From: Geosiphon pyriformis uo1
Lineage: Eukaryota > Fungi > Glomeromycota
Length of the DNA: 64,000 nt
Assembly: GCA_016748015.1 (NCBI GenBank)
Contig: JAAOMT010000494.1
Coordinates: forward strand, 299,179 to 363,178
Reading direction: 5' to 3'
A program made the translations under genes and the position numbers. Under the pieces are notes generated by a model. That model had not been told where the DNA came from, made no database searches, and saw only the letters and a list, made by a program, of their open reading frames with translations. The stretch's first letter is position 1, and each line of letters begins with the position of its first letter. Positions 38,501 through 52,775 of this stretch are shown here, one piece after another.

Positions 38501-41500
38501 CTCAATCTGATTTATGGCAAGGACTAGTCAATCAGATGCGCGAAAGTACCAGATGGTCACAAACCATTTTCCAATGGAAGGTAAGCGGAAGCCTGAGCAA
38601 TAATTTATTTGATATAGAATCATTATTTTATTCACTTTTGTATAATCTGAATTTTTAATGATAGAAAGTCATGGATCGTTTAACAAAGATCTTATCAAAA
38701 CATCTTTACAAAGTCGATCTTGAAGCTGTAGATTTGAATCGTCGTCTTTCTGAATTATCAAGCTCAGAACGTCATCGACGTCGACCCTCCAACAATCGGA
38801 CTCGACATCTTTCGTTAAAAGGTTCACGGCATAAATCAACGGGAAGTAATTCATCTCGCGAGGAAGTTGCCTCACAGGACCAACAAATTCAAAAGAACTC
38901 GACTGATCACAAATCTAGTCGAAGGGTGACAAGCATACATCAGGATGATTCAAAATTGCTAGGTGGACCCACGTTGCTGCATTTTGTAAGCAATGGGTTT
39001 AATGGAGGTTCTTCAAATCATTCGGGAAGTATTGCTTCTGAAAACGAAGAAGATGAAGATCAGGAAGAAGATGAACAACTCTTTGGAGCCAGTAGTGATA
39101 TGTCCATGGAAGAACACACCGGGAACAAGGTATCTAATAAACTTTTTCTGGGTGACTTTCTTTTATTTGCATATCGATTGTATTACTCAACCCTTTGTAT
39201 TTTATTTAATCAAGTCAAACAGGACGTCAACCTCATCGGCCTTTTTTGCATTGGCTAATTTTAGCAGTGACAGGATCTCGCTTTCTTTGGGCACCTTTAA
39301 ATCTCTTGAATTCACAAACATTGACGGACTACCTTGGAATGCCGAAAGCTCTTTGACCATCTGGAAAAAAATGTTATGTGCCTTGGGTAACGTGAATAAA
39401 ATCCAAGTAAGCTGAAACATAAATTTTTTCTGAAATTTTTGATATCTGATAAACATAACGAGTCATCTTCAAAACAAAGATCCCACCCAATCATGCAGAA
39501 GCAATAAAAGGCCTTATTAATATCTGGGATACGCTTACATTGGTATTTACCATTTTGTACATTGACCATTTTCTAGTGTTCGCAACAAAAATTAATAATT
39601 TCTTCGCTTTGTAGACCCGCAAGAGTCAACCCTATAGCGATTTTCCATTACCATTGCTTCATGAATTTGCTCCCTGGTTTTTTGAAGCATGCGATTTGCC
39701 CATGTATGTAATCCAGGATTTTTCTAATGTAAACAAAAGCCATAAAAATTAATTAATCATTCCTAAATCCTCAGAACATTTGGTTCAGGTCGTTCATTTG
39801 CTTATGGAGCAATTTGCAAAATAATGTCACGTAAACAAGAACAAGATATTCCAGGAGCTTATTATGCTCATTTTTATCGAATATTACTCAAGGGCCTATC
39901 GGATAGTGATAACTCGATAACACATGCCATAATCAATAATTCTGCAAGACTATTTTCCCAAAATTTACCCGGATACAGTATCCTATTTTACACTTTTATT
40001 GAAAGCATCACCAATCTACTTACCAAACAAAATCGATCCCATGTACCAGAGGCAACACGACAAAATGCGATCACAATTTTGTGCTCCCTAATATGTGTTG
40101 TAAATCAAATAACGTCTGGTGAAATACCAGTAATAACATATTATCAGTTGGGAAATTTAAATACGGTTGATTATGAGGATTTCTCAGATTATCTTATTAA
40201 TCGTTTGCCCTGCTCAGAGGTAGGAATAATAAAGCTATTTTGCATCTCATTTTTGAGTGATAATACCAAATCAATTTTATTATAGGTGAGATTCAATATC
40301 ATGGAAACACTCATAAAATCTCTTGCCACCGAAGAAAGTATCCATAATTCTGACACGCATATCATGTTATTGCAAGGTATTTGTACACTCGCTTTTGACG
40401 AAATCACATCCACGTCTAGGTTAGCCTTTTTTTATTGACTCCTTAATTTGTTCAATTTTTTAATCATCAAAACTCAACACTTTCTCCATTGAATTTTTTT
40501 GATAGCCCTTCAAAAAATGTTATCAAACAATGTTTCGATGCACTATTCGATCAATTATACTGGAGTCACTTGCCAGTTGTTTGTGCGGCCGCAGATTGTT
40601 TAATTGTGTTTGCACAGAACTGTAGCATCACTTGGGATGATGATGGCGTGAGTTAAAAACGTTTAATATTGCTTCTCTTATGTGTTCTCAACTTCTAATT
40701 TAAATGGATATGTTTAGTTATATCTTATGATGGTTCAAGATGTTTTTGGTAATTTAATTGGTGCGCTTAATCATCATCTTAATTTACAAAAAGGAGCACA
40801 AAGAAATGGGAGAGGTATTTAAATTTCTGTATAATCATGCCGACACACATTGATTAAATCTGCTTCTGATCTATTCTAACATATTGCTTTATTTTCTGTA
40901 ATCGTTAGGCTTTATTCTTGCCAAGCTATTTTATTGTCTTCTAGAATGGTTGATGGTATTGCCTCCAAAATTGTTTACCGACACCGAACTCTATCAGCTG
41001 GTATTTGAAGCGATCGATCTGGCTTTTGACGTCACTGGGGTTCGTAGGAAATCTAATTTCTTTTTCTTTATTTCCGCAATAACATTTGAATTAATTAAAA
41101 TAACATTCAACAGACCGAATCGCCAAAACATCATGATAAATTGCTACCCATACCGCCAAATAAAAGCAGAGGTAAGCGTCACGGTAATGATGCTACCGTC
41201 AGGTTCAAGAAAGCTGAGCGTACCATCTGCTTATCAGCTAACCTCAATAATGAACATGGGGTTCATGTGGTCGGTGCTGATAGCATCGAAGATGCGGATC
41301 TTGTTAAGGTACATTTATTATTAAAAAGATCAGTAATTTTGTTCCATAAAATCATAATAAAAAATGTTATTTTTTAGGATGTAGCTGAATGTGTGCTTTT
41401 ACACCTAACGCATCACCTCAATAATTTCGCTCCACTTCATGGCCCCGCAATGATCAGCAGGTGAGTTTTCCCCAGCCTCTTTGTATAGCTTATAAATTTC

Positions 41501-43485
41501 TATAACTCATTTAATTTGAATATAGTAACTTAATGGGACCTATTGGAAGCGAAACAAAGGATGAAGAAATTTCCTATCATTACCAATATTTCTCATTCAA
41601 TGACACAACTATAATAACCCTTGTCGAGATGCCAGGTGAAGAAACATCAGGTAGAATATTTTTTCACATTTCAATTTCAACCACTGTAGATCAGCTCATA
41701 TTATTTTAATTGATCCTTCAAATTCTTTGAAAGTGTCACGAATGATTGTTCGAGATGTTACCGGGCGCTATGCTTGGGATTCTAAATTATTCTATAAAGC
41801 TCATCGAGATAACTCATTGAATAATGGAATTGAGGAGCGAAGATATGTTGGGATGACCGATCAATTGGTCATTCGACCTGATATCAAAATTACCAAATTG
41901 CCTGAGATCAAAAAAGGGTAAGTTTTTGCTGATCTTCATTTACCTATCTTTGTGAAGTTTTTTGGGGCGTTCAATCGATCGACTGATTAGTTTCAAATTT
42001 ACATTAGAGAATCTAGGAGTCTAATGCTAAATAAATTTGAATCATCACCCAAAATCACCAATACTCCTATTTCCACTGATCCGTTACCCTTACCAGTTTG
42101 GACAGTAGAAAACCAAGCAAATGACGAAAATATGCTGCAGAGGCTGCTTGAATTGTGAGATTTCTTTATTTATTCTTTTTAAAACTTTAATTATACAATT
42201 TACTTATCAATACCCCTTTTGCTTTTAGCGTCGGTGAACAGCATCCAGATTGTAGATTCTATCCTTCCGGTTCTAATCTTTCTGCTGTTGATGAGGATCC
42301 TGTTCTTTCAGTTATAGATGTCCAATTAGAGCGACATATACAAGAGGAAGCATGTTATCGTAGTGCCATGGATCCTCATGCGTGAGTTTCATCTTTTCCA
42401 AAAAAGAAAAGCCCTCCTGTCTCTAACTATTTTTCACCATGCTATTTTATCACAGAAAATCATGGTACGAATCGGTGATATTAATACGTAATAGGATCTT
42501 GAATATGCATGATCATAACAAAAGTATTGCCAAGATATCAAAGGTGCCACTTTATTCGCGTTCAACCTCTCATCTTTCACTTGGCGCTGATTTCTCGCTA
42601 TGCAGGTCATTTCTTCCAGTTTTGCCTCCAGAAGCTGAAAAACCAACAGAACCATACCAACATTGTCGATTATTTTTGGGTCACTTTGGATGGCTTAGTC
42701 CTGAAACCTTGAAAGACAATGCTATCTATTTACTAAACAAAACCCCAGCCTTATATCGTGATATACGTCTTTTAGATAAAAAGCATCCGCGTGAAGTGGT
42801 GAAAATCGCACTCTTATATGTTGCTCCTGGGCAAGAGGATGAGCAGAGTATATTGCATAATATAAATGGAAGCTCAATGTATGACGAATTTGTGGCTAGT
42901 CTTGGGTGGGAAATTGACCTTGCGACTCACCCTGGCTATATTGGTGGACTGGAACGAAACTCGACCAATGGATCGACCGCGACATATTTTTGCACTTCAA
43001 CAATTGAAATAATCTATCATGATGTGACTAAAATGCCAACCGACCCCACAGATCCGAAACAATTAAAAAAGAAACGACACATAGGGAATGATCACGTTCA
43101 CATAATATGGAATGAAAATTACCGTGAATACCAACGAAACACTATCGGGGGTGATTTTGGCAACGTTCAAATCGTAATTACCCCTTTACCAAATGAAATG
43201 TTCTCAATTGATTTATCACGTGACCAAAAAATTCCTTTATTCGGACCTTTATTAAATGGGATGGTTGTCTCTCGAAACGTGTTGGGTACTTTGGTACGAA
43301 TGACGGCAGTACAAGCCTTTCGAAATTGTTTGCACCACATAAACACCACGAATAATACAATGTATCAACATCCGTATATGGAGCGCGTTGTCGATATTAC
43401 AAAGATAACGGGACGGCACAAAAATAACAAAAGTACAACTTACGAAACATTTATGTCCCGAATTTTCGTGTCTGATGAAGAGTAG
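35519..43485 (+). CDS. RALGAPA: Ral GTPase-activating protein alpha subunit-like (tuberin/Rap-GAP family), about 20 or more exons
   Basis: C-terminal Rap-GAP domain REVVKIALLYVAPGQEDEQSIL...FVASLGWEIDLATHPGYIGGL...YHDVTKMP...KKRHIGNDHVHIIWNE. N-terminal NHPRVRSQGFNLLLLWL, and central WKKMLCALGNVNKI and YYAHFYRILLKGL blocks, are typical of RalGAP-alpha. Start placed at the MESTETVK ATG. Confidence 0.85.
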
Positions 43486-46485
43486 GAGGCCCTGAAAAAC
43501 TTTCTATTTCCCCATTTTCGGAGTGTTTAATTTGGGCGGGAGGGCTTTATCTAGTTTGCCACATGATTTTATCCTAATGAATTTTCTTGTCTTTTATTTC
43601 TTACATTAATACTTTTAGTTTTCTTTTTTAATATTTTTCCCTATTATGTAGTAACTAATACTTTAATTCCTAATATTTAATTCCTTAATCTAATACCTAA
43701 TATTTAATATATATTGGCTACTTTGGACATTACGTTTTAGTCATTGTAGTCCTTAATCGTTAGATCATTATTGAGCAATTTCACTTTATAGCTACCACCA
43801 AGTCTTTATTGAAAGTTGTTTGCTCTTACATTTTGTAGTATATATTTTACCTTTGTATATAAGCTTAGACTTGATTTTGATAAATATTAAAATTGGCCTA
43901 ATGTTAAATTGAAAAATTAAATAAATAATTGATTTTCAAAGATTCACCAATAAAAAATCATTTAATATACTTAATAATTTCATATATCAAAAATACAAAA
44001 TTTATGATTGAATTGATTTATTTTATTTTTAACCAGTTCAATATAGGTTGTATGTATATGTTGTATGTATTTAAAAAGAAAAAATTAAAAAAATTAAAGT
44101 AGCAAAAATTAGCACGAAAAGACCAATTAAATATTTGTTAATTTTAAAAAGTTGTGTAATAAAGATATTTTCAATATTTATTTAATAAAGTTCAAATAGT
44201 GAAAAAAATAATTTAAATTGATTACTTTAATCAATATTGGTATTGCAGTTTGTATAAATTATGTTTTTATATTTTCATTATTGTAATTTTTTTATATGAA
44301 TAATATTAAATTTTAACACAATTTATGATTTAATAAACTTGCAAGTATTTTAAAAACAATTTAATCAAAAGTTTTTTAAAGTTTATATCTAAACAATTGA
44401 ATAAATGTTTATGAAAACAAATTAATTAATTAAAAATTTATTACTCGTATAAAATCAAATTTCATGTAAGAATTTTGTTTTATAATTCTCAAGTTTTAAG
44501 ATCATAAAAGTTATAAAAATTAGTTATTAAAATGTAATTTTGGGTGTTGGTATTTTTTACGATTGTAGTTTTTTTTTTAATTTTGTAAGCTAAAACAAAT
44601 ATGTGTGTAATGTTTTGTACACATTATAATTTTTTTTAATTTTCTAAGTTAAAATAAACAGATAATTCAATATTTTCTGATAAAGAGCAATTAAGAATTT
44701 AAACCATTTTTTCAGAAATTTTTTTTTAATTGGTTTTTTAAAGTTTTTCAAATTTTAAATGAAACATGTATTTTTTAAATTAAGCAGTAAATTTTTTTTT
44801 AATGAATCATTTATTTAATATTTGAAGCAAAACTTTTTAAACAATATAGTTTTTTTTTTCAAGTTTCATCAAGAACTGTCAAAATAGAATATAGATTAAA
44901 ATTTATTTTTTTTATCAACAAAAGCTTTGCGAAATCTGGCTTTGAAGTATTATATTATAAATATAGATTTTCCAGATAATTGATTTCGGTTAAAGACTTG
45001 AATTCTAAAATATATATGGTTTACAAAGGAAATATATTTTCAATTTAATGAAAAATAATTTTCAAGGATTAAGAGTTTTTTGATTATTTAGTTTATTGAA
45101 GTATATTGATTGATTGGTTTTTGCTTAAAATAAAATAGAAAATATGTGATTATCATAAAACATTGCTTTTTATCAACTAATTGGTCTGAGACTCACTTAA
45201 AATTTTAATTTTTAAAAACTAATGAAAGAGGAATCTTAATTTAAAAATACATGTTGCTTTTAAAACAAAGTAAAAATCCTTGAAAAAAAAATATTTGATT
45301 TTATCTTAGCTTTTAAGGAGAAAGGTATGCTTTTTCATTTGGAAAGCAATAGATATAAATTAATTTTGCAAAATTTGGCAGCAATTTTTTTATAGACTTT
45401 AAATCAAAAAATAATTTTTTTGTGTTGTTGATATTTTAAGTTTTATTTTTATTTTCGGATGAGTTTTTAAAGTTTAAAAATCATGACTTTTTTCAAAATA
45501 TCTGTTTAAGGACTGATTGGATTCATAAAATCAACCCCTACTATTAAGAGAGATGAATTTCGAATATATGATCCAGATAAAATCATATTGCTCAAAGATC
45601 TTGTTGCCAAAAACAAGTATTTTTATTTATTTTTTACTTTTCTTGAACCCATAAAAATTTTTGGTCTAATTAATGTGATAACAAACTTTAATCTTAAGAA
45701 CTTCAAAAAAAAAATACTTTGAAAAGTATTTCATTTCAGAAAAAAAAAAGTTTTCAATTGAATTGCTAATTAAATCAAACAAAAATAAACAATTTTTGAC
45801 TTTCATTACAGAATTTCAGAGATGAGAAAAGAGCTCTGCCTTTCAAAAGATAAAAAACCAAAAAAAATTATATTCATTTTAATAAAATTGGTTAACATGC
45901 AAAATTGAAATTTGTTTTTCAAATCAAAAACCATTTATAGAAATGTCTTCAAATATACTATACATCTTCAACAAATATATTTGACAAAAACTACCTATTT
46001 CACGTAGGATATATATCTTTAAATATCATTTTTGATACTAAAATTATAACCACAATGTTTAATTTCAAAATTTTTTTTTCATAAAAACGTTATACATTAA
46101 TATCAGGATATTTAAACTTTTATTAGACACCAAAAATCTAAAATGATCATTGTTAAATTGGCTCTGCTTGAAAATACTTATTTTTAGGAACATGTGGAAC
46201 AATCAAAGTTTACCTTTTATAAAATTAAAAGTAGTATTATAAAATCTTACACCTCTCTTTTTACCATAAGAATTAATAAACCTTTCTAAAATATAAATGG
46301 TTTCAAAAATATCAATTTTGAAATGAAGACTTTACTAATTTTCTCCTTTTAAAATAAAAACAAATTTCAATAAAAATTTTTGAATACGAGATTACCATAC
46401 ATAAATTATATAAGATGAAAGCATACAATTAAAATCCAATCTATACTTTATTTTATGTGAATAAAAGAATTTTTTGATTTTTATT

Positions 46486-46567
46486 GATATTTTTCCCAAA
46501 AGTTTTCTATTCAAGTCATATTTGAGGATATATTTTCCAAAAAGTTTTCAATTCAGATCATATTTGA
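46486..46567. repeat. ~41-bp tandem duplication
   Basis: gatatttttcccaaaagttttctattcaagtcatatttga / gatatattttccaaaaagttttcaattcagatcatatttga. Confidence 0.6.
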
Positions 46568-47353
46568 ACACAAACAAATAAAATATTCTAAAGAATTGTA
46601 ATTTTTATTTGATTGTTTGATACTTCTTTTAAATTCAAAATCATTTCAGTAATCTAAACAATACAGAAATTATATTGGTTATTAAAAATTTTAAATAAAA
46701 AATTGGTTTTTATCAAAAATTTCTGTTTCAAAATTTGAATTTAATTTTATACAAAAACATAAATTTACGATATAAAATATTAAAATATTTATTTGTGAAA
46801 ATTTCTTTACATATTTTTCAAAGATATGAATGATTTTTAAAATTATAAAACAAACATATTTGAGAATATTTAATTCAAATTTAAAATTTTTTAATAATTT
46901 CAAATTATAATTTCAAAGTATGTTATCGTATACAATAAAAAAATTCAATCAAGTTTTAGCACATGAAAATTTTATAATTTGTAAAATTTATTTCTTTAAT
47001 AGTAAATTCTTTTTGAATTTGGCAAAATTTATTTATGATTTAATTTCTCTATAGTATTTTATTGTCATAACAAATCGCTCAAAAAATCAACCCTTTTTTT
47101 CAGTTCAACTTTCAAAAATTTTAAACTTATTATTAAACTTATTTTTCGTTCTTTTTTTTTTTTAATAATTAAAAATATAAGTTGAAAGTTATACTTTTTT
47201 TCACATTTTCACTCAAAAATCAATTTTCTCTAAATAAATGTAGCTATTTTAAAAATTTTCATTTTTTAAATTTATTTATCTTTTAAAAAAAACCTAATAT
47301 ATATATTAAATATTATTTTATTCATATAATTTGTTTCAAATATTCAAGTTCTC

Positions 47354-47935
47354 TCAATCTTTAAAAAGTATGATTATAGAAGGATGTAAATCTTTAGGTA
47401 ACTTTTCAAAGACTTGCCAATACAAAAAAGTGATGCCTCCATATTTCCAAATATTTTGGAGCTGTTTGGTTAGCTCTTTGTTCGACAATCTCTTCATGAT
47501 TGCTTCGAATTCTTCGGAATATATTTTCTTTTTCGATTTGGGATCATTAGTGATTGGAGCGCTAATAAAAAATTCATACTCAAACCAATATTGAATCATG
47601 CGTTCAAGCCTCTCTGTTGGTTCTGGATATTTTGAATTCTTTTGACCTTTGAAAATCTCACTAAATTTTTTCACTCTGTTCATTAAAAACATGACAACTG
47701 ATTCTTCTTTAGTAGAAAATGTTTCATTCTGACAAAATTTTTCAAAAGTTTTGAAAGCTCTCTCTTTACAATAGTATAGCAAAAGTTCTTTCTCTTTATT
47801 GGGAATGAGAGGAAAATTTCCATTCTAAAAAAAGGTTTTTTTATTTAAAAAAATTTAGCAACTCATGAATTTGAAGTAAAATATAATAATTTTTCTGAAT
47901 GACATTACCTCACAAAAGTCACCAATATCCGACAT
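47354..47935 (-). CDS. Hypothetical protein (exons 47935-47909, 47824-47354), possibly a truncated remnant of a longer gene starting at 48130
   Basis: MSDIGDFCE|gtaatg...tttttttag|NGNFPLIPNKEKELLLYYCKERAF... is in frame with the 142-aa ORF. No family recognised. Confidence 0.45.
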
Positions 47936-50639
47936 TAAGTTGAATTATATTTATTGAAAGATTTAAACAAAAAACCAACTGATATATATCCCTTTTTTTA
48001 ATAATGAAAATTGTGGGCCAGCGAAATTTTCAAACTCTTTTTTAAATTTAATTTTACAATTTTTTAAAAAATCAAAACAACTATCCCTTGCATCTAAATC
48101 AAAATTTTTAAAATATCTTTCATTTGTCATTGATAGTTCAATATAGTTTCAAATCATAGTATTTTTTAAAAATATTTTGATTCATCATGATATTTCAAAG
48201 TTTAATTTCTTGGCAAAAATTGAGATTTTGAAAACTTACTAAAAAAAAGTGATGACATAATAATTGTATAGTCAAAAAAAACTTGGATAAAGTGAAATTT
48301 TTGTAAACAAGAATTTTAAATTCAAGCTGAGAAATAAGTTTGCTTGAAATTTTCTTTTATTTTAAAAAAAGTTTTTTTTTATTTTTTTTAAAATATCAAA
48401 TTCAAATGGGTTTATATATAACCCTTAAAAAATATAGGCTACTCGATAGTTTAAATAAAAATAATTTTTTCTCAGACAATTAGGAATATTATAATTGATT
48501 TACATTAATTTAAATTTGGTTTATTTCAAGTTAAATTCATGAAAAATCAGATTTATCAAAAAAATTATTTTTAAATTTAAAAACTAATTTATTATAATAA
48601 TCCTACTATTAGAATAATTTAATAAAAATAAATTAATTTTGTTAATGACAATTGGTTTCAAAAAAATTTATTCATTAAAATAATGAAAAGAATGATAAAA
48701 ATAACTTCAATAAATTCTCTTTGAAATTTTTTAATAACTATTTTTATTAAAAAATAAAAGGGCCAATTATTTCACACATGAAAAATAAATTTACATAAAA
48801 AATATATATTTGAACTAGCATAGAAAAATTTAATTATGATATATTGCTTCTACCATAACCAACTTAGTACATAAATCATTTTGTATTTAATTTTAACCCA
48901 ATTTAAAAATCATACAATTCATTACCTTGAAAATTATAAATTGACCTAAAATCATTTCTGTTCCATTGATTTCAATGTTAATAGACTTGATTACGGGCCA
49001 TTATTTAAGCCAGTGGTTTTAATGTTAAAATACTTGATTACTATTTCAATGCACTTAATTACTGGTCACAAGCAATGTTTATATATATATATTTTTGTCT
49101 TAATAAATAATTATTTTAATGGTTTCAATATTAACACAATTAATTGTTGGTTTTACATAATTAATTTTTTAAGTCAAAAAAAATTTAAATAGATCAAACA
49201 AAGTTTACTTAAAAAATTTGCATTTCAAAAAAAAATTCAGAATCAAGATCATACATAAATGGTTAAATATCTTTTAAAAAAATTAAATCGTATGCCTTTT
49301 ACATGTTTAACTTTGGAAATTATACAATTAAAATTATAGAATTCACTTTTTTGAAATTTTTATTAAAATATTTCAAAAAATGAGCAAAATTTTTAAAAAA
49401 CTTTTGATAATCTAAAACTTGAAAAAAGAAAAAGAAAATTGCATTAAAGTTTGAAAATAAAAAATTTTATATTTAAGCATTGAAAATATTATGTATTTAT
49501 AAACAACATTTTTAACTCCTCTGAACAGGATAAAAACATTAAACACCTATAATTCAATTTTAAACAAAAAGCAAAAAAGTCAAAGATTTTTTTCACAGAG
49601 ATAGATACTTCTATAAAAAACAGTAATGGTTCAGTTTAAGAAAAAAATGAAATTAATACAAAATAAAAAAATTATGGAAAGAGAATATTTCATTTTTGAA
49701 ATAAAAAATTTATAACCAAAAAGATAATAATGGTTTATAATTTTTCCAAGAAGGACAAACAGAAACTTTAAAAAAGTTTCTTTTAAAAGATCATGTGAAT
49801 ATGATTTTTAACAGAAAGTGCTTTGTCACTTTAATACTGTGATAAATATTTTTCACAATATTGATATTTTATTACAATATTTTTTTTAAACAAGAGCATA
49901 TACAAAATATCAGATTTTTGGTTTATTGGTATGCCTTAAACAATATTTTTTTATAAATGATCGTTCAACACTTTATAGAATTTTTGCCAAGGCTACTTTG
50001 CTTGAACCTCTGAATATTTTTCATAAAATTTAGCCAATGATTTTTGGAAATGTCAAACCGAAGAAGTTTATCATTTTAAAAAATGATTAAACATATCTTG
50101 AATAAAAATTTGTTTTAAGTATGCTTTAATGAATTTTTTTTAAAAAAAAAAAGTAAATCACTTTGCACACACTAGACTTTAAAAATTTCATTGCCAGAAA
50201 AAGTAAAAATTTACTCAAATTAACAAGAATTTAAATTCAAAGTGAATTATTTTTTGCAATCAACAAAATATTTACTCAAAACCAACAAGTGCTAATTGTC
50301 AGAATAGAACACTGGTGAGAAATTGATGATTTCCGATTTAAATCATAATGCTCAGTTAAATCAATGATGCAGATTTAAAGATGTGATCGATTTCAATTCA
50401 ATTCAATTCAATTTAATTTAATTTAATTCATTTAAATTTAAAATTTCATAAAAAGAATGGGAGTAGTATGTAGTGAGGGAGCTTGCGTTTCACGCAAATT
50501 TAAACCTTTTCATGGCTTTCTAATGATTTTAATGTTTTCCGAAAATCTTTGTATTTTTGGTTGAAATTTAATGATTTTCTTTGTGGTTCTTAAAAATTAA
50601 GTCTATCACCATAAAAATAACAGATACTTTGAATTAAAA

Positions 50640-51518
50640 ATGGTTTGTGCTTGTCTTATTCTTTCTAGTGTCTTTAAATGCTCCCAATAGAATTAAAATT
50701 ACCTAGCTACTTAACAATAATTTGATATGAAATTTAGCCACACCAAACAACTTTTCTGAATGGGATTGACTATTTACCAAATTCTGAAATATGTGAGAAT
50801 CTCCCACGTTACCGACCCTCGAGAGTTCGGGCACCTTCTTATCATCGTTATGAGGATTTAAAAGAAAACAGACCTGTAAGGAAATGTATTTGAAAGCTTA
50901 TTGAAATAGAACTTTGCGCGATATAAATTCGAATTCGAATTCGAATTTGAATTCAACTAGAAATCCATTAATCGACGATATAAATTGGATCGAGATGCAA
51001 TAATTCGAGACGATGGCCGAATTTTCTACTTTTACCTAGGGAATCCTCGCGATGCACAAGATTTCTCACAACTTTGGAATGAAAGAATGACAATCGAGGC
51101 ATATAAAGATAATTATTTGAGGATTAACAATGAAAGCATTCTTTATAAAATGACGGGTGGATTTTTTAAAAGTAAAAAATTCAAGTTTAATTTTGGCGGT
51201 GAATGGAGGTAGAAAAACAAATAATTTTTATTTTTAAAAATTTTTTGGGTGGTGATTAATTATATTTTGACAAATTTCATCAATAGATGGATCGATAAAG
51301 GCGATCGTTTGGTGTTTCGCGCGATTTATCGTAATGAATGCAATGAAAAAGAAATTCGAAAAATTGCTGTTTACGAAAAAAATACAAGGGAGTTTCTTTT
51401 CGATCAAAAACAACTTTCCATGATGTTGATTGACGAATTTGAAATTGTGATGTTGATGTCGTGTATGGTCTTCATGCAGTCTTTGGAGAAGAGATCTTTA
51501 TTAAGAAGACGTTGGTAA
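50640..51518 (+). CDS. Hypothetical protein, possibly a DUF6593/tubby-C-like beta-barrel; exons 50640-50642, 50738-50875, 50961-51208, 51287-51518
   Basis: Three GT-AG introns link ATG|PHQTTFLNG...ENRP|KSINRRYKLDRDAII...KFNFGGEWR|WIDKGDRLVF...EFEIVMLMSCMVFMQ in frame. The beta-strand pattern followed by a hydrophobic C-terminal helix suggests the fold, but that call is tentative. Confidence 0.65.
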
Positions 51519-52644
51519 CGTAAATTTTTTTTAAATTTTTTTAATTTGATCATTATTTCACCATATATATTAAATCCATCAAATTCAATAAAATCTTGTT
51601 TTAGCATTCCCCGTTTATTTAAATTTAATAAGAATCTGAAAAGCAATCATCAATACCGCGAAAAGAGGTGAAAGCTTTCAAATATCCTTTTAAAAGTAAA
51701 ATTATTTAGCAAAAGATATTTTTATATTTGTTTTATAACTCGTTTTTAGGAGTAAAATGTTTGGTTTTCACTGGATTTATAAAGAATAAAAAGGGTTGAA
51801 ACAGTGATATCAAGTTTTTTGTTTCAAAGTAATAAAATTTTAGTTATTATTTTAGATTTTTTAAAAGGATTAACATTTTTAAAATTAACAAATAAATTAA
51901 ATAATACATGAAGAAATAAGTTTTCAATAAAAACTTAATTTTAACACAAACTTTTTATTTCTGTCTTAAAAATCATCACCAAATTCATTTATTAAAAAGT
52001 TAATATTTAAAAAAAAATCTATAATTAAAGTGAGTTTTACATAAAATTAGATTTCAAAAGATTTTTGAATGAAAACATGATTTTTTTTTAATAATAACAT
52101 GAGATTTAAAAATGTTAATTTATAAAAATAAATATGATTTAATACACAATATATAATTATTATGATATTATATGTTTTAGTTTTTAATAAAAGTATCCTT
52201 ATTTCTTGAAGTTAATTAAATATATATACAATGAGTTTCATCATCATAATTTTATTTCACTTATTACTAACACAAAAGAATTATTCAATTTTTATTGTTC
52301 TTTCAATTCAAGTGAGCTTAAATTTCTAAATGATATTCAAAAATTATAAAATAAAAAAGTTTATTAATAGTAAGAAAAAAGTAGAAAGAGAAGAAGAAAA
52401 AGAAGAAAGAATCTATCAAACCTGCCATCTCTTTATCATGATATCAAACAATCAAAACGGCATGTTTATGATATAAAAAATTTTTCTTTTGTTAATTCAA
52501 TTCATTTTTGTTTTTAAAGGCAAAGAAAATTGGATTGAGAATATGTAAAATTTTTTTTGAAACCTTTTATTAACTTTAAATATCTCAAAGATATATATAT
52601 ATATTTTTATAAAGAAAAAAAGTCTTACTTTGCTTCTTACTTTT

Positions 52645-52646
<2 letters not shown>

Positions 52647-52680
<34 letters not shown>

Positions 52681-52775
52681 ACCGAAAAAATTCTTTTAGA
52701 AACCATTGGATAATACAAATTCCTTTTTGTTTTTTGTTGTACAAAAACAAAAACAAAAACAAAAACAAAAAACCA
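52647..52775. repeat. Microsatellites (TCA)n and (AAAAAC)n
   Basis: Directly visible runs. Confidence 0.85.
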
